NCBI GenBank assembly: GCA_963765765.1
Contig: CAVXYC010000018.1
Location: 32,001 to 96,000 of the forward strand
Source of the DNA: an uncultured Chloroflexia bacterium
Lineage (GTDB): Bacteria > Chloroflexota > UBA6077 > JACCZL01
Direction: 5' to 3'
Length of the DNA: 64,000 nucleotides
Numbering within the stretch: position 1 is the stretch's first letter; each line of letters opens with the position of its first letter. Below are positions 31,597 through 41,378 of the stretch, piece by piece. The translations under genes were made by a program, and so were the position numbers. Below the pieces are notes generated by a model. It saw only the letters and a list, made by a program, of their open reading frames with translations, was not told the DNA's origin and did no database searches.

Positions 31597-32493
31597 CTAC
31601 GAGCCCAGGTGCTGCTTGAAGAAGGCTAGCATATCGTTCCAGGCAACGGGTGCCTGCTCGGCGTTGTAGCGTTCGGCGTTCGTATCGTTGTTGAAGGCAT
31701 GCTGTGCGCCAGGGTAGATCTTCTTCTCAAAGCTCTTACCCGCGGCGGACATCTCTTGCGTGATCTTGTCGATACCGGCGTTGATCCGCTCGTCAAGCTC
31801 GCCGTAGATGGCAAAGACCGGCGCGGCGATGTTTTCGACCCCCGACTGTGGAGCCGGTCCGTACCACGGCACTGCCGCTCGGATCCGAGTGCCAGCCAGG
31901 GTTGCCACGCGCCAGGTGTAACCGCCGCCCATGCACCAGCCGGTCACGCCCATTCGGCCGCCGTCCACGTCGGGCTGATTCGTTAGCCAATCGAGGGCCG
32001 CCACCAAATCGCGGGCGTTCTGTTCAGGATCACTCTGGCCCAACGCGGCGATGGCGTCGTTCGTATCGGCGAAGGCACCGGTGCCACCCTGTCGTGAAAG
32101 CAGATCTGGAGCAAGGACGATGTAGCCTTCTGAAGCAAGGCGTCGAGCACAATCCTTGGTGTGCTCCACGAGCCCGCGGTTCTCGTGAATCGCGACAATG
32201 GCGGGAAAGCTGCCGTATTCCGTCGGTCGAGCGAGATATCCCTGCAACTCGCCCTGCCCCAGGGCAATCTGCACGTCCATGCTCTCCAGCTCCGCACCGC
32301 CGATGATGGGCCGGATGGCGGCCACACGGGGACGAGTGGAGCCGCCGCGTTCTGCGACCGAGCTAAGTACAAGCGCGGCCTGAGCCTCACCAACCATGCC
32401 CCGTACGCGATGCTCGAGGTCCGCTCGACTGAGAGCGCCGTCCTCGTACTCCTCGATAAATTCATCGATGAGATAGGCCTGGAGATCGTTCAT
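31597..32493 (-). CDS. Dienelactone hydrolase family protein
   Basis: HENRGL, APDLLS, GWCMGG, AQHAFNND. Confidence 0.93.
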   Translation of the reverse strand: MNDLQAYLIDEFIEEYEDGALSRADLEHRVRGMVGEAQAALVLSSVAERGGSTRPRVAAIRPIIGGAELESMDVQIALGQGELQGYLARPTEYGSFPAIVAIHENRGLVEHTKDCARRLASEGYIVLAPDLLSRQGGTGAFADTNDAIAALGQSDPEQNARDLVAALDWLTNQPDVDGGRMGVTGWCMGGGYTWRVATLAGTRIRAAVPWYGPAPQSGVENIAAPVFAIYGELDERINAGIDKITQEMSAAGKSFEKKIYPGAQHAFNNDTNAERYNAEQAPVAWNDMLAFFKQHLGS

Positions 32494-32695
32494 TCCTTGC
32501 CTCCTTCGTTGCAAAGGCCCATTATATTGCAGGGTTTGACGTTCCCGCGCTGGCAGCAGGACACGATATGATGCACCATGAGCCCCTCAAGCGGACTATT
32601 CGCCTGCTGGGTGCCCTGTATTGACAGCGCTGCGAGCGACGTTGAATCTCGAGCGCTGAACGCGATGGCAGCGCTGCCAATGAGGAGGCGTTTGA

Positions 32696-33676
32696 ATGGC
32701 TGAGATCGTCCTGGGTCTTGGGACCTCACATAGTCCACAACTGAGCACCCCGCCAGAGCAATGGAACCTGCGGGCCGACGTGGACCGGCGGAACCCGCGC
32801 CTTCTCTGGGAGGACGGCGAGTACTACAACTTCGAGCAGCTCCTGGAGAAGGTGGACCGACAGGCCATCGCCAAGGAGATCGACACGGAGACCTTCAAGA
32901 AGCGCTGGCAGGAATGCCAGGACGGCATCGCCAAAGTGGGTGAGGTGTTGACCGAGGTTAATCCGGACGTTGTGCTCCTCTTCGGTGACGATCAGGAAGA
33001 GGTCTATAAAAACGACAACATGCCGGCCATTAATGTGTACTGGGGCGAGACCGCACTCCAGAAGCCGCGCGCATATAGCAACAACCAGGCAATGAACGTG
33101 GCCGCCTGGGCCTATGGCGACAAGCTGCGTGACGCGCCGATAGCATCAAACCTGGGCCTGCACATCATCGAGTCACTCATCGACCAGGAGTATGACGTCG
33201 CTCACTCGCGTGAGCTCCCGCCGGATAAGGGCATCGGGCACGCCTGGACGTTCGTCTTTCACCGGGTGATGCACGACAAGGGTATTCCGGTCGTGCCGAT
33301 CCACATCAACACGTACTATCCGCCGAACCAGCCGCGTGTAAACCGGTGTTACGAACTGGGTCAGGCGGTCAAGCGCGCGGTGGACGACTGGAAAGGCAAC
33401 GAGCGCGTTGCCGTGATGTCCTCGGGCGGCCTGAGCCACTTCGTCGTGCTCGAGGAGTTCGACCGCAAAGTCATCCACGCCATGCAGGAGCGGGACGGCG
33501 ACGCGTTACGCAGCCTTCCAGAAAACCTGTTCAAATCAGGCACATCCGAGACCAAGAGCTGGATCGCCATGTCGGCGGCGACGGAGCATCTAGACACGAA
33601 GTGGCTGAACTACGTGCCCTGCTACCGTTCTGAGGCTGGCACCGGCTGTGGGATGGCCTTCGGCCACTGGGCCTGA
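32696..33676 (+). CDS. LigB-like extradiol ring-cleavage dioxygenase family protein
   Basis: GTSHSP, GDDQ.E, GHA, SGGLSH, SGTSE; GAGGAGG RBS. Confidence 0.9.
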   Translation: MAEIVLGLGTSHSPQLSTPPEQWNLRADVDRRNPRLLWEDGEYYNFEQLLEKVDRQAIAKEIDTETFKKRWQECQDGIAKVGEVLTEVNPDVVLLFGDDQEEVYKNDNMPAINVYWGETALQKPRAYSNNQAMNVAAWAYGDKLRDAPIASNLGLHIIESLIDQEYDVAHSRELPPDKGIGHAWTFVFHRVMHDKGIPVVPIHINTYYPPNQPRVNRCYELGQAVKRAVDDWKGNERVAVMSSGGLSHFVVLEEFDRKVIHAMQERDGDALRSLPENLFKSGTSETKSWIAMSAATEHLDTKWLNYVPCYRSEAGTGCGMAFGHWA

Positions 33677-33699
33677 TTCGCCAGCAATCAAGAGACTGT

Positions 33700-33738
33700 A
33701 AATTGGCTCGGGCGGGAATCCTCGCCCGAGCCAATTTT
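33700..33738 (+). terminator. Rho-independent terminator
   Basis: aaattggctcgggcg...cgcccgagccaatttt. Confidence 0.75.
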
Positions 33739-34521
33739 CTATGCTCGGTGTTCTACTCCAGCTGGTCGCACTCACGACACGTGCCGCGTGGATGAATGAC
33801 CACCAGATTAAGACCGTTGGGCTCCCCATAGCGTTGTGCCACGCGAAAAACGTCTCCCCCGTGACGTCGCGAACTGAATCGAGATATTGGGCAGTTCGGG
33901 CCGTCGGGCGAATGTGAGCGATCGGCAAGGACCTGCGCCTGGGCAACACTGCTTTGCAATGCAAGCGCCTGCTTCCTTCAATGGATCGGTGTGCAGACGA
34001 GACTTCATCTGACAACGGTGGTGCGCTCCTCAAAACCCTGAGCTCCGATAGCAAAGCCTCAATGGGCCTCATCGAGCCGATCTGGTCGCACACCCATCGT
34101 GATTTCGACGAGTCCGATGTCGCTTGGATAACGAGAGCTGACATTACGTCCGTTACCACACGCGAATCCTCGCGCAGCGTGGTCTCGAGGCGACGTCCAG
34201 AGGTGCCGAGGACGCTCGCCATTCACATCCAAAGCGGCGCTCCGGGGACGTAATCCTTGACGCTTCGCGCACGCTACTCACCATGACTCCAACTTGATGG
34301 ATGTGTGAACACTGACGCTGGTCGAGCGAAGAATCGGGATTACTAACCTAAACGCTTGCGCGTCTGAAGGGCTCCGAATTGATCCTCAATTGCATGGCCA
34401 CCATGGAGGTGTGACTTGCAATGCATCGAATCATCCTCAACACAAGAAAACACCGGACGGGTACTAGACCCAGCGGTGCAAACCTGGCACACTGAGTCGG
34501 AGTTGCGCAACGGAGCTTCAA

Positions 34522-35214
34522 GTGCCCGGTAATGTCGATCTTGACGCCCTCGCTCAATCGGTGGTGCTTCGCGGCCTACCGCGCACCGAGCTCGAGCGGC
34601 TTGCCGCGGTGATGCGCCGCCGTACCTATCGGCGGGCCGAAGTCATCTTCCATCAAGGCGATCCCGGCGAATCGCTTCACGTCGTCTGCCAGGGAAAGTT
34701 GAAGGTCGTCATCACCGGCGACAACGGCGAAGAGGCGGTGCTGGCGATTCTCGGTCCGAGCGACGTCTTTGGAGAAATGGCGATTCTTGACGGCGGTCCC
34801 CGCTCCGCGACAGTGACGGCATTGGAGCAAGTGGAGACCGCGGTTCTGAACCGATCGGATTTCATTCAGCTCCTACGGAGCGCTCCAGCCATGGTGGATG
34901 GACTGCTTGCATCGCTAGCACGAACCATACGACGGGCAGACGAGGATATCGAGGGTCTGATGTTCCTTGACCTCCATGGTCGACTTGCGAGGAAGCTTCT
35001 CGAGCTCGCCAAGACGCACGGGGTGAACGCGGATGGTCGAGTCCTGATTCGTGTTCAGCTCACGCAAGAGGAGCTCGCAGGAATGATTGGGGCCTCACGC
35101 GCAAGCGTGAACAAGATCCTCGGCTACTTCGAGGATCGCGGCGCAATCGAGCGGCAGGGACGCCAGATTCTTGTCTGCAAACCTGACGTTTTGGAACGCC
35201 GCGCGGCTGTTTGA
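34522..35214 (+). CDS. Crp/Fnr family transcriptional regulator
   Basis: IFHQGDPG, FGEMA, PRSAT (cNMP site), LTQEELA.MIGASR HTH. Confidence 0.95.
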   Translation: MPGNVDLDALAQSVVLRGLPRTELERLAAVMRRRTYRRAEVIFHQGDPGESLHVVCQGKLKVVITGDNGEEAVLAILGPSDVFGEMAILDGGPRSATVTALEQVETAVLNRSDFIQLLRSAPAMVDGLLASLARTIRRADEDIEGLMFLDLHGRLARKLLELAKTHGVNADGRVLIRVQLTQEELAGMIGASRASVNKILGYFEDRGAIERQGRQILVCKPDVLERRAAV

Positions 35215-35416
35215 GTCGTTTCCGTTGGGATCCATCGCCACGGTCGGCTTCACATCCTGCTTCAGACTGTCACCATCTCCACAAAGCAGCATGCTGGTGC
35301 ACGGGGCCCGGCTCAGCCTGCGCCACGGGTGATCGAGTGAGTACCATGCTACATCCTGGAGAGTCCGCTTCTGGGATCGACCCGATGGCGGGCGTCGCGC
35401 GGCTGTTCTGGCGGCG

Positions 35417-36691
35417 CTAATTGTCCTGCTGGTCCGCCGGTGAAGCCAACGGCACTTCAGTCATCTGCCAGACGCCCAGGAGCGCAGATACGCTGTGCTG
35501 CACAAAGTCCATCCGCACATACGGCTTCACAACGTCTTGACTCCAAGCCCCGATAAGGCGGTCCGGCCGACGGAATGGAGCCGAATTCTCGTCTGTGTAC
35601 TGAACGCGCATCAGGAACTGGACCGTGCGGCGAGCACCGTTTGCGAGTCGCGACTCGAGCTCGGCGTCACCACGGAGACGCGCTAGCTGCCACGCCGCGA
35701 TGAGCGCTTCCGCCTTGGTAGCCGTTGACGTGTAGTTGACCGGATTTCGCAGTCGAGACGCACCCACCGCCCAGGCATTGCCGTCTCCCTGCGTGTACTG
35801 GTGTCCGAGCATGCTTTCTGCCTGCAGGGAAACAACCTGCACATACGCGGGGTCAGGGACAATCGGGTAAAGCTCAGCCAGCGCCATGGTGAGCCAGTGA
35901 TCCTCGCGTGGGACGCTCATGAGGGAAGGTAGATCGCCATCGCGCACGTGGACGAGATAGTGGGCGGCGCGCTGGGCGTACTTCAGGTAAGGTCCGTCTG
36001 GAAACTGCTGGTCCAGACGAACGAGCGCAAGAAGGGCTTCACCGGGGTAGTAGTCGGAGAACGGTGTGTAGAGACGCCCTCCCTGCGTGGTGCTGTATGA
36101 CTGAAAGTACCTGCCCGGCTCTTCCGGAATTTCCATGGAGAGGAGAAACTCGGCCATCTCTCGAATCTCGCCATCGTAGAGGCTATCTCCTACAACACGG
36201 CGCCGCTCGAGTAGCGCAACCAGCGCAAGGGCCTGAGCACCGAGCTTGCTTCGGTTCGCAAAGACAAACGCGCGACGCCCGTCTTCAACGAGGGGCGATG
36301 AATCGATCATGAAGCGCGTGGCCTTTTCGGCCGCGATTCGTAACGAATCATCACCGAATGCCTCCGTGGCCTGGAACAGCGAATAGGTGACACCGGCATG
36401 CCGGACAGGGTTGTACTTCCCGTTCTCGTATCGATTCGCCTCCGGGTCATAGACATACTGGTACTTGCCGCTGGGCCGAACATTTCTCGCCAGCCACCGC
36501 GCACCGAGCCGCGCGCGCTCGTAGGAGAGGTCCGCGAGCGCCCGGGCGTCGAGCGCCGCCGTGCCGTCGAGGATGGCCTCATCTGCCGGCCCCGCGAGGA
36601 TCGGCGGTGTGACGGCCGAGACGCTGCCCAGCGCCAGAAGTAGTGCGAGCGCCGCGAGGATCAAGCGCCGCATGGGCCCAGCCGTGGTCAT
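35417..36691 (-). CDS. Secreted protein, probable (alpha/alpha)6 toroid fold, function unknown
   Basis: Signal peptide MRRLILAALALLLALGSVSA; motifs YNPVRHAG, LGAQALAL, YYPGEALLAL, DHW, RMDFVQH; ATGA overlap with the upstream gene. Confidence 0.8.
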   Translation of the reverse strand: MTTAGPMRRLILAALALLLALGSVSAVTPPILAGPADEAILDGTAALDARALADLSYERARLGARWLARNVRPSGKYQYVYDPEANRYENGKYNPVRHAGVTYSLFQATEAFGDDSLRIAAEKATRFMIDSSPLVEDGRRAFVFANRSKLGAQALALVALLERRRVVGDSLYDGEIREMAEFLLSMEIPEEPGRYFQSYSTTQGGRLYTPFSDYYPGEALLALVRLDQQFPDGPYLKYAQRAAHYLVHVRDGDLPSLMSVPREDHWLTMALAELYPIVPDPAYVQVVSLQAESMLGHQYTQGDGNAWAVGASRLRNPVNYTSTATKAEALIAAWQLARLRGDAELESRLANGARRTVQFLMRVQYTDENSAPFRRPDRLIGAWSQDVVKPYVRMDFVQHSVSALLGVWQMTEVPLASPADQQDN

Positions 36692-38907
36692 GAAGAGGGT
36701 ACCAGTCCTCGGCCGGCTTCCCAGGTCAGCCGTGGCCCAAGAATAGTACTGACCCGTTGAGCCTCGGCATCCTTGCACGGGCGAGGCTGGAAGCCCACCA
36801 CGCCAGGAGCCGTCACGATGCAGGCTAGCTCAATCGGCTCCAGTCCGTTGGGCCCGAACGCGGTCCGAGCGACCACGCCGTAGCCCGGAAACTCCTCGGT
36901 GAAACGTCCCCTCGAGCCGAAGGTGAAATTGCCGAGCGAGTAAACGACAGGCATGCCGTTCACGACTTCGACCGGCTGCAAACTGTGGGAGCCGTGTCCG
37001 ATGACGAGGTCATAACCGGCCTGCGCCATCTCCTCGGCCAGGCGGCGCTGCTTTGCCGTCACCGGCTCGTAGTTATCTCCCCAATGCAGGTAGCCTACTA
37101 CCCAGCGCGCTCCGGCCGCCTTGGCCAACTCTCGGCCTCGGACCACCGATTCGCTGTCGGCGCTCCTGACGCCGGGTTTCCCAGGGCCGGCAGTCGGGCT
37201 ATTTGGACCGGTCGGACCGAGGGCGACCACGGCGATCCAGCCGTGCGGCGTATCGATGAGGAGTGGCCTGGCTGCCTCGTCGTCGTCCAGGCCGGCGCCG
37301 ACTGCCTGGATGCCGACCTCGCGAAGGTACCGGGTGGTATCCGAGAGGCCCTCCGAGCCTCGATCCAGTGCGTGGTTATTGGCCAGGGTAACGGCCCGGA
37401 ACCCCACTTCGCGCAGCGCGACGGCCGCCCGCGGGTCGATGTTGTAACTGTACCGCGCCTCCGGGACCCGCGGGGTCTGGAGGGTCGTGATCGGCCCTTC
37501 GGCGTTGCCAATGGCGAAGTCGCCGGCCAGCAGTCCGCGGACACGCTCGAAGGGCCAGGTGTAGCCGTGCTCATCGAGGGAGCGCTGCGCGTCATCCCCG
37601 AGCAGGATGTCACCCACCCAGACGACGCGGAAGGGCTCGGCCGCAGGCTGGGCTGAGCCGGCAGTCACGGCGGCGGGCTGACTCTGAGCCGTGGCCGACC
37701 TGGACGCTGAACGACTCTGTGGCTTGGGCACACCGCTGGCTGAACCATTCTGCACATTAGCCGCCGCCGAGCTCGACCGGCTCTCCGCGTTGGCAACCCG
37801 CGGGGCCGGCTGGACGGGTACGCCGGCCCCGCGGGTTGCCCCGTAGTGCGATCCGGCCGCGAATGAGCCGGCGCACAGCAGCGTCACCAGGCCCAACAGG
37901 GCCGCCCGCCGGCCCATGGCTGACGTCCACGCCGGTGAGAGCCGAGGCGGTCGGATGCGGCCAAGCCACTCCCTGACAGAGGCCGGGCGCATCAAGGCCC
38001 CCACGCCCTCTAAGGAGAAGAAGGAGGCATAGGCTATCCCCCACAAGTAGTACTTGAAGGAGATGCCCATGATGAAGTAGATGCCCCAGTGCATTGGAAA
38101 CGCGGCGAGGACCCACAAGTACCCGAGGCGCCGGTTCAGGAGCGCGAGCGGTGCGCCCAGCTCCACGATCAGCGACCCGACGGCGAGGACGGTGAAGAGC
38201 CAGACGTGCTGGTAGAGGACCGCCGCCTGGGCCGGCGGGGGCTGGGCGAGCAGCTCTTTGCGCAGGCCATCCCAGGCCACCTGAAGCAGCAGGGCCTCGC
38301 CGGTTGCCCACCCCCAGCCGTGGGAGCTCGACACCTTGGCGATGCCCGCCAGGAGGTACGATGTGGCTGTCACGGCACAGATCAGCTTGATGGCAAACCC
38401 ATACTGCCACGCACCGGCTGGGTCGGGAAGCGTGGCCGAGGTCGGCCGGCCGCCCCGGCGGCACCAGGCTCTAATCAGGGCATCCAATGAGACCGCGTCG
38501 GCCGCGCGTGTGAGCCCCAGGACTAGAACGTGCGCGGTGACCAGAGCGTCGGGGTGGTTCACGCTGCCCCACGAGGCGAAATACGTCAGCACCGCTAGAA
38601 GCAGTACGGCGAAGAGCGGTCCGGTCACGCGGTACGCAAAGCCGAGAACAAATAGTACGCTGACGATCATCGCCAGCGTGAGCAGGCCAGAGATGGCCTG
38701 TGACGGAAGGGGCGCGGTCAGGAACGAGGTCACTCCGACCGGCTGAAACTGGCTCGCCGGGAGGCGGGCCAGCTCAAGGATCTCGTCGGATCGCCAGTGC
38801 AGCAGCCATACCGCGTACGAGCCGACCAGAATCCGAAGCGCGGCCAGGCGCGCCGCCGGCGCCTCCGCGAACCAGAACCGGTCCAGCCGCCCGATGATAC
38901 TGCCCAC
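36688..38907 (-). CDS. HTTM (vitamin K-dependent carboxylase-like) membrane domain fused to a CapA/PGA_cap metallophosphoesterase domain
   Basis: N-half: LAALRI, VNH, SLD, YLLAGIAK, W..G, ELG, H.GI...MG. C-half: VGD, NAEGP, LANNHALD, HWG, IGHGSH, YSLGNF. Confidence 0.88.
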   Translation of the reverse strand: MGSIIGRLDRFWFAEAPAARLAALRILVGSYAVWLLHWRSDEILELARLPASQFQPVGVTSFLTAPLPSQAISGLLTLAMIVSVLFVLGFAYRVTGPLFAVLLLAVLTYFASWGSVNHPDALVTAHVLVLGLTRAADAVSLDALIRAWCRRGGRPTSATLPDPAGAWQYGFAIKLICAVTATSYLLAGIAKVSSSHGWGWATGEALLLQVAWDGLRKELLAQPPPAQAAVLYQHVWLFTVLAVGSLIVELGAPLALLNRRLGYLWVLAAFPMHWGIYFIMGISFKYYLWGIAYASFFSLEGVGALMRPASVREWLGRIRPPRLSPAWTSAMGRRAALLGLVTLLCAGSFAAGSHYGATRGAGVPVQPAPRVANAESRSSSAAANVQNGSASGVPKPQSRSASRSATAQSQPAAVTAGSAQPAAEPFRVVWVGDILLGDDAQRSLDEHGYTWPFERVRGLLAGDFAIGNAEGPITTLQTPRVPEARYSYNIDPRAAVALREVGFRAVTLANNHALDRGSEGLSDTTRYLREVGIQAVGAGLDDDEAARPLLIDTPHGWIAVVALGPTGPNSPTAGPGKPGVRSADSESVVRGRELAKAAGARWVVGYLHWGDNYEPVTAKQRRLAEEMAQAGYDLVIGHGSHSLQPVEVVNGMPVVYSLGNFTFGSRGRFTEEFPGYGVVARTAFGPNGLEPIELACIVTAPGVVGFQPRPCKDAEAQRVSTILGPRLTWEAGRGLVPSS

Positions 38908-38915
38908 CTTAGCTC

Positions 38916-39476
38916 CTACCGCACCACCGCGCAGGATGCCCGAACCGTCTCCGACCTGGGCAGCTTATTGCCCTTGAGATATTCCGACAGGCTAAAGGTG
39001 CCGGTCATGATCTCTATGCTGACAACCGATCGCAGGGACCGCGGATTCCTCTCGGCTATCCGGGCGCTGACGTTTTGACACAACTGCGCCGACTGTCCCT
39101 GCCTGACCATTTCCCGGACGGTCTCTCGACGGACGCGTGGCAAGCTCCCGCCTGGAGCGATATTGTTGTAATGGATGGCGTACCGCTGGCCCCGCGCGTC
39201 CCGTCCCACGACAAAGTGCTCCGTGTGCCGATCATCGATCTTAGCGGTGAACATCGGGAAATACGAGAGCGGGAAGCTGTCCCGAGGCCGAGCTTGCCAG
39301 TTCTGCACCACGGCCGACAGCATGGCACCGATCAACGCGATGCTGAAAGCGGCCGCTGGCAATTTGCCCATTTCGGCACGCCGCACTGGCCGCGCGGCTA
39401 CATCAGCGGTGACAACGCCTTGCGATGGCTGGACTACCGCGATATCGCTCATAGCGAATTCCGAGCTTGGGGCCAC
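38916..39476 (-). CDS. Membrane-anchored HTTM partner protein (SdpA-like), copy 1
   Basis: One TM helix, then DSFPLSYFPMF; two Cys; ends 8 nt before the HTTM start. Confidence 0.75.
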   Translation of the reverse strand: MAPSSEFAMSDIAVVQPSQGVVTADVAARPVRRAEMGKLPAAAFSIALIGAMLSAVVQNWQARPRDSFPLSYFPMFTAKIDDRHTEHFVVGRDARGQRYAIHYNNIAPGGSLPRVRRETVREMVRQGQSAQLCQNVSARIAERNPRSLRSVVSIEIMTGTFSLSEYLKGNKLPRSETVRASCAVVR

Positions 39477-39681
39477 GATAGCGCAGTATATCGTCCCTTC
39501 CCCGAGTCATGCTGCCGCATACGGAACGCTGCTCTGCTCCCTCTAGTTGTCGTCATCATAGTCACCTGATGGCCATCCAGTGAAGCGCGTAGCCGTCGAC
39601 GATGACTCGAAGAAGCGCCAGCCTGGCCGGGCGCGCATCCCTAATCCAAGAGCGACCCGGCGGTTCGAGTCCAGTCCCACA

Positions 39682-40230
39682 TTAACGTCGCCGCGCAACC
39701 TGACACGTCTCGCGGACGAGCTCGGTTTGAGGATCCTTACTGGCAGTGAAAAACTCATGAAGGTCAAACGTACCGGTGAGAATCTGCACGCTCTGAATTC
39801 TCGAGAGAGCGCCGGTTTGGCGCTGGGCAACCCTCGCGCTTACCAGATACCAGAGCTCTGCAGCTCGACCGGCGCGCACGAATGAATTGATCTGCCGACG
39901 TACCTGGTTCATGACACCGGGCCAGGCCAGCGTGTACGGAATGAGGCTGCGATTGCCCCGTGCATCAACGCCCATAAAGTAGCTGAGCTGCTGCGCATCC
40001 GATCACCCATACGAGAACATCGGATAGTGCGAAAGCGGGAAGTTATCCGCCGGTTCCGGTCGCCAATTCTGAACGACTGGCGACATCACGACGAGAACCG
40101 CCAACAGGCTGAACAACCCGGCGCGCGCCTTCTCTGGATTGACTCGGCTAGCGCCCTCAGCCTCGGCGGCCAGGCCCTCGGTAGCAACCGTAAACTGGCC
40201 GATCACTGAACCACTCATTTTCCGCACCAT
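39682..40230 (-). pseudogene. HTTM partner paralog, copy 2, with in-frame TGA at 40003-40005
   Basis: VVQNWRPEPADNFPLSHYPMF, G.DARG.R and I.TGTF.L.E align to copy 1; the two ORFs are in the same frame. Confidence 0.75.
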
Positions 40231-40355
40231 AACAGAAGCGACGTGTCAATCCCGACACGTCGCTTCCTTGTATCTGGGGACTCATCAACCTAGGCTGACG
40301 GTCCCAACACAACAGCGCTAGCCTGCTCTCAACGAGAACTGCCGACTAGAGATGA

Positions 40356-41048
40356 TTAGTCGTCGTCGTCATCGTCGTCATCGTCGTCATCATCGTCATC
40401 GTCGTCATCATCGTCATCATCGTCATCATCGTCATCATCGTCATCGTCATCGTCGTCATCGTCGTCATCATCGTCGTCATCATCGTCATCATCGTCATCG
40501 TCGTCATCATCGTCATCATCGTCATCATCATCGTCGTCATCATCGTCATCGTCATCATCGTCATCATCGTCATCATCGTCATCATCGTCGTCATCATCGT
40601 CATCGTCATCGTCGTCATCATCGTCGTCATCATCGTCGTCATCATCGTCGTCATCATCACCCGCAGGAGCCGGGACGACGCTGCCGGTCTTGCTCACCAG
40701 GCTCGCTATGAACACTTTCCTGCCTACGTCGTATTGGCCCGTGACTGTGACGACATCGTATAGCGCGGGAGCGAACGGGGGCGCGTTCTGGATAGTGACC
40801 TGCTCAAGCTCGGCCGGATTGGTCAGCGCCGGACGTTCAAGGTTGAAGGTACCCGGCCCCCCTAGACCCAGTGAGACGATTGTCCCCCCGGTGGTCTCCA
40901 CCGGGCCCAGCTGCGCCGCCGGTGCGGCATGGACGTGCTTGATTGCCGGCGCCATGCCAAACGACACGGCGAGAACAACACCAAATATTGCCAGCGCGCG
41001 GCTTCCCGCGAGGGGCAACAGACGGAAAGCGGGGATGAACTTCCGCAT
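40356..41048 (-). CDS. Secreted protein with a C-terminal homopolymer of 100 Asp
   Basis: GGAGG RBS, ATG 41048, signal peptide ending VHA-A, about 85-aa beta-rich domain, then 100 GAC/GAT codons and TAA. Confidence 0.88.
   Translation of the reverse strand: MRKFIPAFRLLPLAGSRALAIFGVVLAVSFGMAPAIKHVHAAPAAQLGPVETTGGTIVSLGLGGPGTFNLERPALTNPAELEQVTIQNAPPFAPALYDVVTVTGQYDVGRKVFIASLVSKTGSVVPAPAGDDDDDDDDDDDDDDDDDDDDDDDDDDDDDDDDDDDDDDDDDDDDDDDDDDDDDDDDDDDDDDDDDDDDDDDDDDDDDDDDDDDDDDDDDDDDDDDDDDDD
40359..40658 (-). repeat. 300-bp (GAY)100 trinucleotide tract
   Basis: Only GAC and GAT triplets, irregularly mixed. Confidence 0.97.
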
Positions 41049-41378
41049 GCGATAAACCTCCACGTCCCAAAAGCTTGGGCGTACATAATGTGCTGGGGAC
41101 GGGACAGCTAGGTCGTCCGACTTCCCCGCTTCTACCATATTAGCTGAACGTCCATGGCTTTACTGCATCCGCTAGTATCAATTTCGTTGCTAAAGGAGCC
41201 ATTTCACCTCGAGCTCGGTATCAACATCATGGGTGAATTCCACCGCTCTCATCGTCATGCGAGAAGACTCCGACCCGCGCACATAGCCCCTTCCAGTCGC
41301 TTCGGTGGCGGTAGCCAGAGAGCCCTTCTGCTTCGATTACGCAGGGATCGCTTACGCGTTCTGGTACCATCGGCGCGT

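Noticed and set aside
33590-34253. 210-aa and 99-aa ORFs in the gap before Crp
   Set aside because: No motifs, no RBS and atypical composition.
36688-37640. Poly-gamma-glutamate capsule operon
   Set aside because: Only a CapA domain is present; no capB or capC in the window.
39543-39680. Frame ending GDYDDDN* as a third acidic-tail remnant
   Set aside because: Too short, with no match to the shared carrier domain; it could be chance.
40003-40005. Second selenocysteine candidate in the SdpA-like copy 2
   Set aside because: The aligned position in copy 1 is not Cys, there is no redox motif, and I saw no clear hairpin. A nonsense change or error is more likely.
40359-40658. CRISPR array
   Set aside because: No repeat-spacer structure and no cas genes; it is a coding triplet repeat.
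40346-40711. Met/Thr-repeat and His/Arg-repeat ORFs, and a possible poly-Ser frame, over the trinucleotide tract
   Set aside because: These are shadow frames. Only the Asp frame joins an RBS, a signal peptide and a domain shared with a paralog that also has an Asp-rich tail.
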